Made by a program: the position numbers and the translations under genes. Positions 21,401-31,500 of a stretch of 64,000 nucleotides of DNA are shown one piece after another; the first letter of the stretch is position 1, and the number at the start of each line of letters is the position of its first letter. The DNA is from a virus. Below the pieces are notes generated by a model. The model was not told the origin of the DNA and made no database searches. It saw only the letters and a list, made by a program, of their open reading frames with translations. The stretch covers positions 45,601 through 109,600 of the IMG/VR virus record IMGVR_UViG_3300042465_007464; one strand, 5' to 3'.

Positions 21401-21565
21401 TACTACGATGCTGTTACATGTAGAGTTAGCATCTATATACGCAAACATATTCTTAAACACTTCACGGTATTCCGTGTGTCGTTTTAAGGTACGTATGTGA
21501 ATATCTGATACGTGAAATATTTTGTCAATTCTTTCAATTGTGCTTGGTATCTTTTTTATGCCCAT
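18419..21565 (-). CDS. SbcD-SbcC (Mre11-Rad50; gp47-gp46) fusion recombination nuclease
   Basis: SDIH, GDIVH, GNHD, GDIH and YPGS phosphoesterase motifs; NTSGKSS Walker A, CQYC zinc hook, SGMERF signature, IDEGWG Walker B. Confidence 0.9.
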   Translation of the reverse strand: MGIKKIPSTIERIDKIFHVSDIHIRTLKRHTEYREVFKNMFAYIDANSTCNSIVVVTGDIVHSKLDMSPELVQMLVEFFNGFKISTIVILGNHDMNLNNMHRVDAVSPVLDVINNDNIIFIKENGLFEFGGVTWNHMAVDVAPAEYIKAADFDAPYKIALHHGAVNTAKTDIGYQISNEHVTVDMFKGHDITLLGDIHKPAQFLDDEHTVAYPGSLIQQNHGEALDHGILVWDVEARRAEFVEIQNDYGYVTIETNGTSIVASPHRMPNKPRIRIKFHDTSAADMQKLIATIRKKYNVQDITVQRSSAISNSNATSSFSIGNVRDAEYQNTLITDYIEVNYPQATPAELDAIRHINRTINSKLPAVESIRHTTWHPISFEFDNMFSYGEGNVIHFDNLKDVCGLFAANTSGKSSLLDAITYTIFDKCSKTGKANEVLNNKKNWFRGAFKFEMNGVTYTIERRGLQNKKKESHVKVDVDFYTESENLNGEERSDTNKAIRRYLGTYDDFILTAFSLQADNNNFIEKSQKERKDLLSQFLDITVFEQLYQLAADEIKETAGKLKTFKQTKFDIIITEADEIISANQDDINNLETEEDALQEERNMLQNDILALIETKLPTTYTGPDVTELERVETALTQKITKLQSEIETAEAEIENLESVINTNKATLKQYDVKQIETDIEICDKLNTQLNDSNKQIKTQQGIIDAKQEKIEHLAEHEYDPNCQYCTSNVFVQNAIEAQNTIVADLQLLNTLQTERDSVFDAISKLQSVYETQREVVALQRGIVTDKNNMERKELQLQILENDLQTRESELETCLERQESFRANETSIKHNKTVDTKIETKRGRIDEIATQIKTITGTIRSKHGAIEVAKTEKKTALQQLETYKQLETEYKAYEYYLDSVKRDGVPYELITKAMPKIETEINNVLNQVVDFNMVLQSDGKNINGYIIYDEDNFWPLELTSGMERFISSLAIRIALINVSALPRPNFIAIDEGWGSLDAEHISSVVNLFDYFRTKFDFSIIISHVDTMRDMVDNLIEVNKINGFSHIQHA

Positions 21566-22500
21566 AGCATTCCCATTTTTAATTCCATCAAACGTTCAAA
21601 AGTTAAAACGTCTGTATTTGCTAGTATTTCTGTTATGCGTTGAAATCCTAATTCGGACGCATCGTCGTCTTGTAACTCCACGAAATAAACATTTAAGCCT
21701 TCTCCCATGAATCGTTCTGCAATTTGAATTGCTTTTGATAACGCATCGGCATCCAAGCAAATATAAATATTTTTTACGCGTTCTTCGATTATTTTTCTTT
21801 GCAATGCCGGTTGAATGATTTTACCAAACAACGGAATTGCATTGCGTTTAATTGCAATCGCATCAAATGAACCTTCACATAGTATAATCGGTTCAGCCCA
21901 ATTAACAAACATTTCGAAACCAATGATGTCTTTAGATATTTTTGGATTTTTATGTTTTTGGGTATCTGCTTTGTAAAATGCACGAGTTACAAAATAATTC
22001 AATTGTCCCGTTGCATCATAACTAGGTATTACAACTTTACCGGCATATTCTCCTGATTCGCAATAACCGATTCGATACTTGATAATATCAAATACAGTTA
22101 TGCCACGAGTTGTAACATAATGCAAAGCATTTCGATAATCCGGAGTAGATTTTTTTATCCAAAGTGGTCGATAATCTGCAGGTAATTGTATTGCAGCTGG
22201 TTTTTCAACCGTTGCATCTTGTTGTCGATAACGAGTTGATTCAACTATGCGTTGAAGTTGTTCAAACTTTTCTTTGGGTAAATTTAATTGTTTGAATAGA
22301 GACGCAATGCTTCGTCCTTTACGATCTGATATCCAACAATGCCAAGCATTTTCGCCAGCGTGATTTGTTTTGATATCAATTTCTAATTTTGGTTTGTAAT
22401 GAGAAACAAACGGAGAAAAGAAAGCAATGTTATCACCTGAAGTAGGTTTACCTTTTCCTAATACCGATTCCAGTAATTGTAATAACTTAAGATTCTTCAT
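21556..22500 (-). CDS. DNA primase (Toprim)
   Basis: WHCWIS zinc-binding region, VIPSYD, LCEGSFDA, CLDADA. Confidence 0.88.
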   Translation of the reverse strand: MKNLKLLQLLESVLGKGKPTSGDNIAFFSPFVSHYKPKLEIDIKTNHAGENAWHCWISDRKGRSIASLFKQLNLPKEKFEQLQRIVESTRYRQQDATVEKPAAIQLPADYRPLWIKKSTPDYRNALHYVTTRGITVFDIIKYRIGYCESGEYAGKVVIPSYDATGQLNYFVTRAFYKADTQKHKNPKISKDIIGFEMFVNWAEPIILCEGSFDAIAIKRNAIPLFGKIIQPALQRKIIEERVKNIYICLDADALSKAIQIAERFMGEGLNVYFVELQDDDASELGFQRITEILANTDVLTFERLMELKMGMLWA

Positions 22501-22689
22501 TACTATAATATAATGAAATACTGTAATGATTCCAATTAATTATAATAATATTAATTAATATATTTATCGTTCATTGCATACATTTCATTTCTGAATGAAC
22601 GAATGATTCAATTAATCATCATTCCTTTAATTAAATAAATTTCATTAAATCTTCATGAATATATTAAATTTTTCCCACATTTCAAACCG

Positions 22690-23172
22690 TTATGCGAAAA
22701 AAGTTTTAATCGATCGAGGTTCTTCACCAGATTTCACACATTCTGCGAGCCATTCATCAGGAATATCCTTTTTTGCAACATGTTTTATGCCCAGCTTCAA
22801 TGCGTAAGATTCATATGTAGTGTTGCTACCTTTTGATATTTTTTGTGTAGGCGATTGAAACACCATGCGAATATCTATTCCAGGATTACTTGCAAGTACA
22901 TGTTTCATTTTTAAACGATCTGCACTAGTCCAACGTCCTTTTGTTTCTACATACATGATTTCTCCGTTGCGTTTTGTAAATACGAAGTCGGGAGTATATT
23001 TTGCTTTACGCTCTGGTACTATATAATTTAATGTTTCCGTCTCGTAATTCAAATCATATTCAGTACTTTTTATGCGTTCCGCGACTGTATGTTCTAATCC
23101 AGATTTATAACCGTATTTCAATGCGTTTGCTCGTTTCGAATTAGCCGCACTGTGCCAATGATTTTTTGCCAT
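22690..23172 (-). CDS. T7 endonuclease I-like Holliday junction resolvase
   Basis: GYKSGLE, YTPDF, VETKGRW...DRLKM, DIRMVF. Confidence 0.85.
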   Translation of the reverse strand: MAKNHWHSAANSKRANALKYGYKSGLEHTVAERIKSTEYDLNYETETLNYIVPERKAKYTPDFVFTKRNGEIMYVETKGRWTSADRLKMKHVLASNPGIDIRMVFQSPTQKISKGSNTTYESYALKLGIKHVAKKDIPDEWLAECVKSGEEPRSIKTFFA

Positions 23173-23175
23173 AAC

Positions 23176-23736
23176 TTATTTTATTTTGTATATAATGTAT
23201 TGTCTGTCTGTTCCTTTGTATGTTGCAATAGCACCAGTTGAATCTAATTCAAATTCATCTGCTTTTACATACACTTCTGGATGTAATGCTAAATGTCTAG
23301 GATTTTCAATTTTCAAATAACTACCATCTTCCGAACGACCTAATACTGCAACTTCCGGATGTCTTCGTGCATTAACGAGATCAAGCATTTTTTTTATTTT
23401 TGCATTATCGTAATCAATTTTAAATATGTCTGGTTGTTTTTTTGTATTTATATCTGAATCTACTTTAACAACAGTTCCTTCAGCTTTATTTCTAGCATCA
23501 ACATATGTTTGTATTACATTGATAGCTTTATCATAATTCTCCGGAGACAATGCTATTTTCATGTTTTTCCAAGATCCTGATCCTTTTTTTCGTGTAAACC
23601 AAGCTCCATTTTTTTGTACGTATTGCCATGGATCATTTCCAGGATTAATTTGAGTTCCATTTGATGCCGGATCTGTAGTTGAAAATGGTTTAGTTGTATC
23701 AAATGCTTCAAATAGCAAATTTTTTAATTTAATCAT
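23176..23736 (-). CDS. Hypothetical protein with MIKLKNLLFE leader
   Basis: 186 aa; DPWQY..KNGAWF module shared with the neighbouring gene. Confidence 0.65.
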   Translation of the reverse strand: MIKLKNLLFEAFDTTKPFSTTDPASNGTQINPGNDPWQYVQKNGAWFTRKKGSGSWKNMKIALSPENYDKAINVIQTYVDARNKAEGTVVKVDSDINTKKQPDIFKIDYDNAKIKKMLDLVNARRHPEVAVLGRSEDGSYLKIENPRHLALHPEVYVKADEFELDSTGAIATYKGTDRQYIIYKIK

Positions 23737-23748
23737 GATATCCTTTTA

Positions 23749-24468
23749 TTACGCTACGTCGATATACGATGTAGGAATCCATCCTTTAACTTTACCACCA
23801 ACGTAAACTACAGAACATTCAAACTTAGCAGTTACATTAGAATCTCTATCTATTGTGTAACTCATTAAAACATAAACATCGCCAACACGTTGTCCTGATA
23901 TTGTTGCAGGTTTAAATGTACTTTGATCTGCGTCAGTTGGCCAACCTCTTTCATTAAATTCTGATAAATCATACTGACGCCAATCTTCATTAAAAACTGG
24001 AACGTATTTATCTGGATAACGAACTTTAATTGTTTTACCAACTAACTGTTGTTTTAATTCATTTTTAGCTGCGATAACCGCATCGTCAAATAATTTACGC
24101 CAATTTGTAGTATATGATTTTGCAGATAATTTTTGTATTTCGATTTTCGGAGACATCCAACCATTTTTATTTCTACGTACTGCTAACGGTTGTATGTTGT
24201 TATCCGTATTATTGTTATCTGTATTATCGGTATTTGCTTGTTGTTTCCGCGCCTGTGCTGCTTTTGGAAACTTTTTATCTAGTTTATCTATAGAAGATTT
24301 CCAAGCTGGATTAGTAGATATATTAAATTCTTTTCCTGTTTGTCTATTTTTTGACCACCATTCTCCATTTTTAATAGCATAAATATATGGATCTTTATCG
24401 TCATAGTTATAAACGTAACCTTTGTATAGCGTGGCTTGTTCCGTTAATATGCGTTTCAATTTTATCAC
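23749..24468 (-). CDS. Hypothetical protein with MIKLKRILTE leader (GTG start)
   Basis: 239 aa; DPYIY..KNGEWW module. Confidence 0.65.
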   Translation of the reverse strand: MIKLKRILTEQATLYKGYVYNYDDKDPYIYAIKNGEWWSKNRQTGKEFNISTNPAWKSSIDKLDKKFPKAAQARKQQANTDNTDNNNTDNNIQPLAVRRNKNGWMSPKIEIQKLSAKSYTTNWRKLFDDAVIAAKNELKQQLVGKTIKVRYPDKYVPVFNEDWRQYDLSEFNERGWPTDADQSTFKPATISGQRVGDVYVLMSYTIDRDSNVTAKFECSVVYVGGKVKGWIPTSYIDVA

Positions 24469-24490
24469 AGCATTTCCTTTTTAATAAATA

Positions 24491-25033
24491 TCACCAATCA
24501 ACTAAAACTAATTTTCCATTCCAGGTCATGATGTTATCGGATTTGAAATCTAAATCCAAATCCAAATCTTCAATTCCTAAACGACGTACATCAGTTTGCA
24601 ATGCACGTAAAAATGTAACTAGTTGCGGATCTGTGTTACGTGCACCGTCGGCATCTAAATAATCGAAGATGCTAGCATCTCCACCTGACGAACGTGCATA
24701 TTGTTTGTATCGTTCGTGAAATGAATCTATTTTTTGTTTAACAACATCTGGCAATGTTTCTGCATTTGCCATTATGTACATGTTTTTATCATTAGTATAA
24801 TATACAGGAATGAATGTAGATATCAATGATGTTTTGCCTATGAGTTCTTGTGCAACTTCGAATTCAGCTGGTTCTGTAGTAATCTTAAAAACTTTGTCTT
24901 CGCCGTTGATTTCATATACTTTACCATTATCACCTGCGGCAACGAAACTATATTCTTTGTTACGAATTTTATCTAAACAACGCTTAATGTCTGTATCTTC
25001 CATTTCGCGAAGTAATTGTTTTAATCGTATCAT
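24491..25033 (-). CDS. Minimal protein-kinase-like enzyme with MIRLKQLLRE leader
   Basis: G-loop AAGDNGKVY, VFKIT lysine, DFKSDNIM catalytic loop, LVLVDW. Confidence 0.75.
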   Translation of the reverse strand: MIRLKQLLREMEDTDIKRCLDKIRNKEYSFVAAGDNGKVYEINGEDKVFKITTEPAEFEVAQELIGKTSLISTFIPVYYTNDKNMYIMANAETLPDVVKQKIDSFHERYKQYARSSGGDASIFDYLDADGARNTDPQLVTFLRALQTDVRRLGIEDLDLDLDFKSDNIMTWNGKLVLVDW

Positions 25034-25035
25034 AG

Positions 25036-26592
25036 TTATCCTTTAATTACATTGCGATCCAAATCAATTCGAATTAAGAAATTCGTATCAACATCTTCTC
25101 GTTTACGTATTGGCTGTGCTAATTTACCAACAGCTATTAAATCTAAATTTGAATTATATAAACCAATTGTAGTGACATATGGATCAAACGAACTACCTGT
25201 TGCAAATGATTGATATGTTTCTAAATCATCTAACAATAATGAACGATTTTGTGATATATTAAAATCACCCCCATCTACTTTAACTAATATATTTAATTCG
25301 TAAATCGTTTTAGTGCTATTCCACGATGCGGTTGCGTATGTATTAATTGCATCATTGTATGTGGAATTTGGAGATGAAATAACTGCTATTCCATGTTTAG
25401 TAAAAATATTACCTACTACATTAGTTTGCAAACATGTAGAATATGTTCCTAACGATGTTATGTTTGATGTCGACAACGAACTATTATATATTCGTATTTC
25501 ATCTAAAACTACATCGGATAAATTTTTACTACTAGTGTCGTAACCTCCGATAAATATGTCATGATTGTTACTAATATTAGTAGATTGAGTTGTAGCAGTA
25601 TTTGGTTTTGTTAATATAGTTCCAGATCCTGACGATTCTAATACGCCATCGACATACAATAATAATTTACCCGTGCTAGTTACTTTTTGACAAACAACAT
25701 GATGCCACGAACCAGTAACTTGAGTACTTGATGAAATACTAACAGAATTAGTACCACCTTGTGCCGAGAACACGATTTGATTAGAACCGCTTAATTCTAT
25801 GCGAAATGGATATTGTGGTGTTATGCTACTAGATGCTTTAGTGAGTATTAACGTATTATCAGTTGCTACATTTGAACTGGATATCCAAAACGAAATAGCA
25901 TAACTATTATCTCGATCATACCGTCCATCAATATCAGTTTTAATATATCCAGCTCCAGAAAATTTAGCACCTAATCCAAAAGAAACGGATGCAGATACGA
26001 TGCCGGGTACATATGTTACGCCTGCAGATTCATATGTAATACGAGATGTGTCAAAATATTCATTAAATCCTTCATACAACTTACAATACAATGGCATTGA
26101 ACCAGTATTAATTGATTCATCGTATACATTACCATAACGATCTGATTTCAATGTTCCGAACGTTCCTACTAATTGAAATGATGCCGGTTTAACGCCTTCT
26201 CCGATTTTAATGCTAGGAATAGAAAATACGGAAGCAGATTGATATAGATATTTTGTAGTTCGACTCAAATCCGTAGGTCCATATGATGCCATTGGATTTG
26301 ATTTATGCTTATAATATAAATGATTGATAGATTGATAAATAGTACTTTGTAATTTTCCATTAAGGTTAGTAGCATCATTGTACGTTAAATTGGTGCCTAT
26401 AGCCGGTAATTCTTCAACATAAACTCCTGCTAATGGTAATAAACTACTAGTAGAACTGCCAGATGTAACAGTCCAAGTTTTATATGCTTTAAATGATTCA
26501 ATTGTTATGTCAGATGCATCTATTTTTTTAAAAACCGTTGGATATGCATCATCATTGAATAGATCGTCATTTGAATTTTTTATTTCAGCCAT
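25036..26592 (-). CDS. Virion structural protein with LamG/concanavalin domain
   Basis: WHHVVC...LYVDG...IGG...LDEIRIYN; C-terminal YVTTIGLYN...AVGKLAQP. Confidence 0.75.
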   Translation of the reverse strand: MAEIKNSNDDLFNDDAYPTVFKKIDASDITIESFKAYKTWTVTSGSSTSSLLPLAGVYVEELPAIGTNLTYNDATNLNGKLQSTIYQSINHLYYKHKSNPMASYGPTDLSRTTKYLYQSASVFSIPSIKIGEGVKPASFQLVGTFGTLKSDRYGNVYDESINTGSMPLYCKLYEGFNEYFDTSRITYESAGVTYVPGIVSASVSFGLGAKFSGAGYIKTDIDGRYDRDNSYAISFWISSSNVATDNTLILTKASSSITPQYPFRIELSGSNQIVFSAQGGTNSVSISSSTQVTGSWHHVVCQKVTSTGKLLLYVDGVLESSGSGTILTKPNTATTQSTNISNNHDIFIGGYDTSSKNLSDVVLDEIRIYNSSLSTSNITSLGTYSTCLQTNVVGNIFTKHGIAVISSPNSTYNDAINTYATASWNSTKTIYELNILVKVDGGDFNISQNRSLLLDDLETYQSFATGSSFDPYVTTIGLYNSNLDLIAVGKLAQPIRKREDVDTNFLIRIDLDRNVIKG

Positions 26593-26654
26593 AATCAGTA
26601 AAAACCCTGCTACATTTATAATAAATATAACAGGGCTTAAATCAGTTCGTTATT

Positions 26655-27890
26655 TTAGAAATCTAATTTAACTCGTATCAATGATTCTCTAGTAAATGAT
26701 TTCAACAATGGTTTACTTAGTTTAGCGACTGCTAATAGTTCTTGATTATCATTGTATAATCCAACCGTAGTAATATAAGTTTTAGGATCTGCTTGGAATG
26801 GTGTAATTACGCTACCATTACTTCCGGTTACGAATGATGGATTATTTGAAAAATTATACAATCCATTTTTTACTCGTACGAAATAATGCGTACTTGAAAT
26901 TTTTTCTGAATTTCTTGCTTGGAATCCAAATTTATCGCCAGCAGTATTTGTAAAGATTGCAGATCCGGATAATGAATGAAATAGTACAAAATGATTATTT
27001 GCTTCTGAACTAGAAGATACGTTAGTTTTAAATCCTAATTGTTGATCTAACATTTTTCCATCTAATATCATAGTACCATAATCTGGATATACTAATCCAT
27101 AGTAAATAGGTGAAGTTGAATTATATACTCCATTACTAATAGAACCTGATACGATATTATAAACACGGCCAGCTTCTGTAACGGTTGTTGTCGACGCAGA
27201 AACTGAATCATCGATTAAAGTAATTATTCCGGAGCCAGTAACAACACTTCCTGTTGCGTTAGTAGTTCTTGATGTAATTGCAACCAATGGAATTTCAAAA
27301 TTACCCGGATCCATACGTTCTTTGATACGATCTCGTTTAAATGTAATTACATAAATTGAGTTAGTACTTCCAGAACCTGCTGTTGTAAATTGAGTATCTC
27401 CTGGTGGAAGTAATACTTGTCGATATTGCGAATATACCGCACGTGACGGAGAATCATTCAATTGACCTACAGAATTAGAACCACTACCTAATCTATGTCC
27501 GTATGCAATAGAAAATTGTACTGCAGAACCCGTTGCAGTTGGAGTTAAATTTAAAACATCAACATAATATTGTCTCTGAGAATTGGTTTGAGTAGATGAT
27601 GTAAAATACGTAGTTAACGATGCCGCATTATTAGACCACATTCCTCCGGTTACCGTTTCTTTTTGTTGAGTAACAATATCATCATTTGCAAAAACCGTAT
27701 AAGTTGGGGTACTAATCGGAGTAGGGGTAGCTACAGTTGCACTAACGTTTGTAGTAGCGGTAGTTGTCGTTGTAGTTGCAGTAGGAACGCTTATTGGATT
27801 TCCTGCAGCATCTCTCGTAATACCATCCCTTCCGGTAGTTTGACCTAGACGCGGTTGTTGTTTTAATTTATTATACAATGTTGTTGTCAT
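26655..27890 (-). CDS. Virion structural protein (tail/baseplate)
   Basis: C-terminal YITTVGLYND..ELLAVAKLSKP, similar to the C-terminus of the 25036..26592 protein. Confidence 0.7.
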   Translation of the reverse strand: MTTTLYNKLKQQPRLGQTTGRDGITRDAAGNPISVPTATTTTTTATTNVSATVATPTPISTPTYTVFANDDIVTQQKETVTGGMWSNNAASLTTYFTSSTQTNSQRQYYVDVLNLTPTATGSAVQFSIAYGHRLGSGSNSVGQLNDSPSRAVYSQYRQVLLPPGDTQFTTAGSGSTNSIYVITFKRDRIKERMDPGNFEIPLVAITSRTTNATGSVVTGSGIITLIDDSVSASTTTVTEAGRVYNIVSGSISNGVYNSTSPIYYGLVYPDYGTMILDGKMLDQQLGFKTNVSSSSEANNHFVLFHSLSGSAIFTNTAGDKFGFQARNSEKISSTHYFVRVKNGLYNFSNNPSFVTGSNGSVITPFQADPKTYITTVGLYNDNQELLAVAKLSKPLLKSFTRESLIRVKLDF

Positions 27891-27909
27891 ATTTCTTATA
27901 TCTTTATAA

Positions 27910-28560
27910 TTACAAAGTTACTTTTTTAACTGTTATTTTTACAGTAACTGAACCACCGGTTTCATTACCAATAATAGTAACGGTAGCGGTACGATCGGCA
28001 TCTGTAAATTGTTTTGCAGTTATAGAAAATTCTAGACCTGTTTTATAATCAGTGGTAGCATCTGCATTAGCACTATCTCCAGTAAAACTAACCGTAGTTC
28101 CTGTCGAAACTAATGGTGCGTCTTTAGCAACAGTTAACGTTGCGACTGATGTATCTGATAATATAGCAGTATAACCATAATTTGAATTACCAATTGTAGT
28201 TGTACCATTTGTTGTACTAGGTACTATTTTACTAGATGCGCCAGATTTAATTGTCAATGCAGTTGATGCTACAGAAATTATTGGTATTTGTTTAGTATTT
28301 TTTGGCAATGTAATCAATTTATATTTCAATGCCTGCGTTTCATCAGGAACTGCTTCAAGAATTGGCATATTATCAATAATAGTTCCATAATATGCAGAAC
28401 CTAATGGATGATCTGTATTCCATAACGAATAATCAATTTCATCATCACCTAACGCAAATTGCGTAATTTTAAATTGATCTGTACCTTTTGCTAATAATTC
28501 GCGTCCTTTCAATGTCAAAATTGCATCAATTGTTATGCTACTATTATCTAAATATCCCAT
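27910..28560 (-). CDS. Virion structural protein
   Basis: MGYLDN..IDAILT.KGRELLA...FALGDDEIDY. Confidence 0.7.
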   Translation of the reverse strand: MGYLDNSSITIDAILTLKGRELLAKGTDQFKITQFALGDDEIDYSLWNTDHPLGSAYYGTIIDNMPILEAVPDETQALKYKLITLPKNTKQIPIISVASTALTIKSGASSKIVPSTTNGTTTIGNSNYGYTAILSDTSVATLTVAKDAPLVSTGTTVSFTGDSANADATTDYKTGLEFSITAKQFTDADRTATVTIIGNETGGSVTVKITVKKVTL

Positions 28561-28595
28561 GTTTTAACCTTATTTTTAAATAAATATAAACAACG

Positions 28596-31500
28596 TTACT
28601 TTTTACCTATGTTTCCTTTACCTCCTTGCGGTTGATAAAACAGCTGCGTTCCTTTTATGTTTCGCCATTCTACAACCGGACCTCCATCTATAGTTTGTTT
28701 AGAAACTACGTTGAATGCTGGCGAAGAAATACGAGTACCAGCGAATTTACTTCTGTATAATCCTGTTGGTTGTAATCCTCGTGCAACGGATCCTGTAATT
28801 ACAGGTGCCAATACTTCATTTATCCAATACGGCGTATCCGCTTCAATCCATGTGCTACCTGAACGAATTAAACTAGTTCGCGTATATGTAAATCCAGAAT
28901 AACGAGAACCGGTTAAATATCCTTGCAATTGGTCATCGTCATATCCGGTTAATGATGTTATTTTCGTTATTTCAGCATCGTATGTTGAATATTCACTCGA
29001 TGCAGTTGGAACCATGTCAATTACAACCGTATTCATATTGTATGAATCAACTTCATATGATACATCAAGTAATATAGTATCTTTGCTACGTTCTAGAACG
29101 TTTGGTTGTATTAATAATCCAGTTAATTTATTAGCACGTGCTGGTAATAATTGTTCCAATTGTTTAAAAAATGATAAATCGAACAATATAAACATGTTTA
29201 TGTACGCATTGATATCATTACGAGATGAATATTTTTTCCAATACGTTTGTGCAAATTGTTGCAATTCAGGATATGATTTTTCATTAACCGTTCCAGGATC
29301 GCCAACATATTCATCCAATGAAATATATCCAAATTGTGCGAATATATCTTCATTTATCATAGTTTGTGGAGAAAAATAAACTCCCAATCTATTACTGTCT
29401 AACGGTGCTTTATCAAATTGACTGCGTTCCGCACGAGTTATAACATCTAGCGGCCCAATTAATTCATTATCTTCAATACGTATTTTGTTATCATCGTGAG
29501 TTCCTGATCCTAGTGATACTGCGTCATAATAATATGTTTCTTCTATAGAATCATATGGATATGTATTTGTCCAACCAACAAATGATGCTGATATATTAGA
29601 TGATACGGGTTGTATACCTGTTAAACTACTAGTTGCATTATGATTGATATTTTCAGTTAATGGTAAACGAAAAATCAATTCATCATATGAATTCGCATTA
29701 CCATCATAAGCAGCAGGTGCTTTAACGTGATTGTTAAATGCTGCATCTTGCAAACTGCTAGTCCACAAACGAAGTTCTTGAAGTTGTCCTTGTATTCTTG
29801 AATAACCAACTGAACTGCTTGCCAATGTAAGTGTACTTGTACTAGCAAATGATGCCGTTGCTGACGCGGACACTGCGGCTACAATTTTACCATACTTAGA
29901 ACGTTTTGCCACAAAATCTAAATTAGTTCCGTTAGTTCTTAATACGGTAGATATCCAACCTCCGTCAAACATTTCCATGTTAGCAGATGCAGTACCATTG
30001 ATTTGAAATTTACCTAATGTACCACTTGCAAAATCAATATCTATCGTATTCGAACCAATAGTATATAAATTCATTTTGCTTGACATTGTTGGATTTGTAA
30101 CAACATTATCTAATCGAAAACGAAGTTCTACGGATTGTATCGGTTTAGTATAATTTACCGTAACAGATCCTGATGGATTTTTTATAGCATCTAACGCATA
30201 ATCAAAATTCAATTTTTGATATACAGGCGCTCTTTCAATACGAGGACCGCCATATTCGTTGATACTTATAAATGATTGTGGAATACCATAACAAGAAAGT
30301 AATGCTTGTACGCTTCGTTTAGTTCCTTTACTTTTAAGAAGCATTGGCAAATTATTTACGATGCGTCGCCATACTGCATAAGTTTGTTCATTGCCTGGTA
30401 ACGAAGAACCTTTAACTGAGTTTGATCCGGTTAATGGAGTTCCATTTTCGTCAGTACCTAATATATATTTCCATAAATCAGCTGACTGTTTGCCGTTTGT
30501 TAAATTCCAACCAAATTGTTTTGCGACTGAATATAACAATTCATTCGGCATACCTAATTTAGGATTTTCTTCACGTTTATTGATTTGGGTCATGTGATTA
30601 ATATACGTATATATTATATCGTAATGATGACCTAACATGTTAACGAATGTAGTTAAATCTAAATTCAATTCATCTAAACGCATATATTCTGGTATTGCGT
30701 TGATTAATTGATTGTTATTCAAAGAATCATAAAGTGATGCCGTTTCGTACAATGCATTGTACCAAGCATCAAATGTAGATGTAGTCGTTGCAACTAACGT
30801 ATATGGGTATGTAGTGTTTGTTTTTGGAACTGGTAATATGTAACTACCTGTTACCGTCGCAACGTTTGGCGAAGGATGTGGGGCATCATATGTAGTTAAA
30901 TTAGAAGATCCAGATTGATAATACAAGTATTGTTCGAATGCATCAAATCCGCTAATTAAGTTAGTTCTTTGATTAGCATAATCTGCGGCATTTGTAGTTG
31001 CAACACTTCCAGAAATTGCTAATATTGCTGAACGTTGACTTGCATAATATTCTAGCAATTCTAATTTGTATCTAAAATTAGCTAAACGTTCCGTTGCTGA
31101 ACTATAAAATATGAAATTATTAAAATCGGAATAATCAATATTCAATTTTATTCCAGATAAACTTCCAGAAAAATACGTATCTACAATCTGTTGTGATGTT
31201 TGTGTCGAAGAACCAAGTAATTGATTCCACGTCTTGAATCCAGTTGCGGCAGATGTATCATATGAATAATTTGCTTGCCAATTTGGATTTGCTAATTTAT
31301 TGTATTTAGTTTCTTCACTACGCGTAGAAATTGTTACGGTATCTACGTACGGTGCTTTTTGTTCTAAAACTACCCAACATTTAAAATCAACTGCAATTGT
31401 ATCATCTAACGGCTGTTTTAATTTAACGTATAGATAATCACCAACCACTACACTATTAACATATGTAGCCGTACGGTTTCTGCTGAAGTTTAATAAATAT

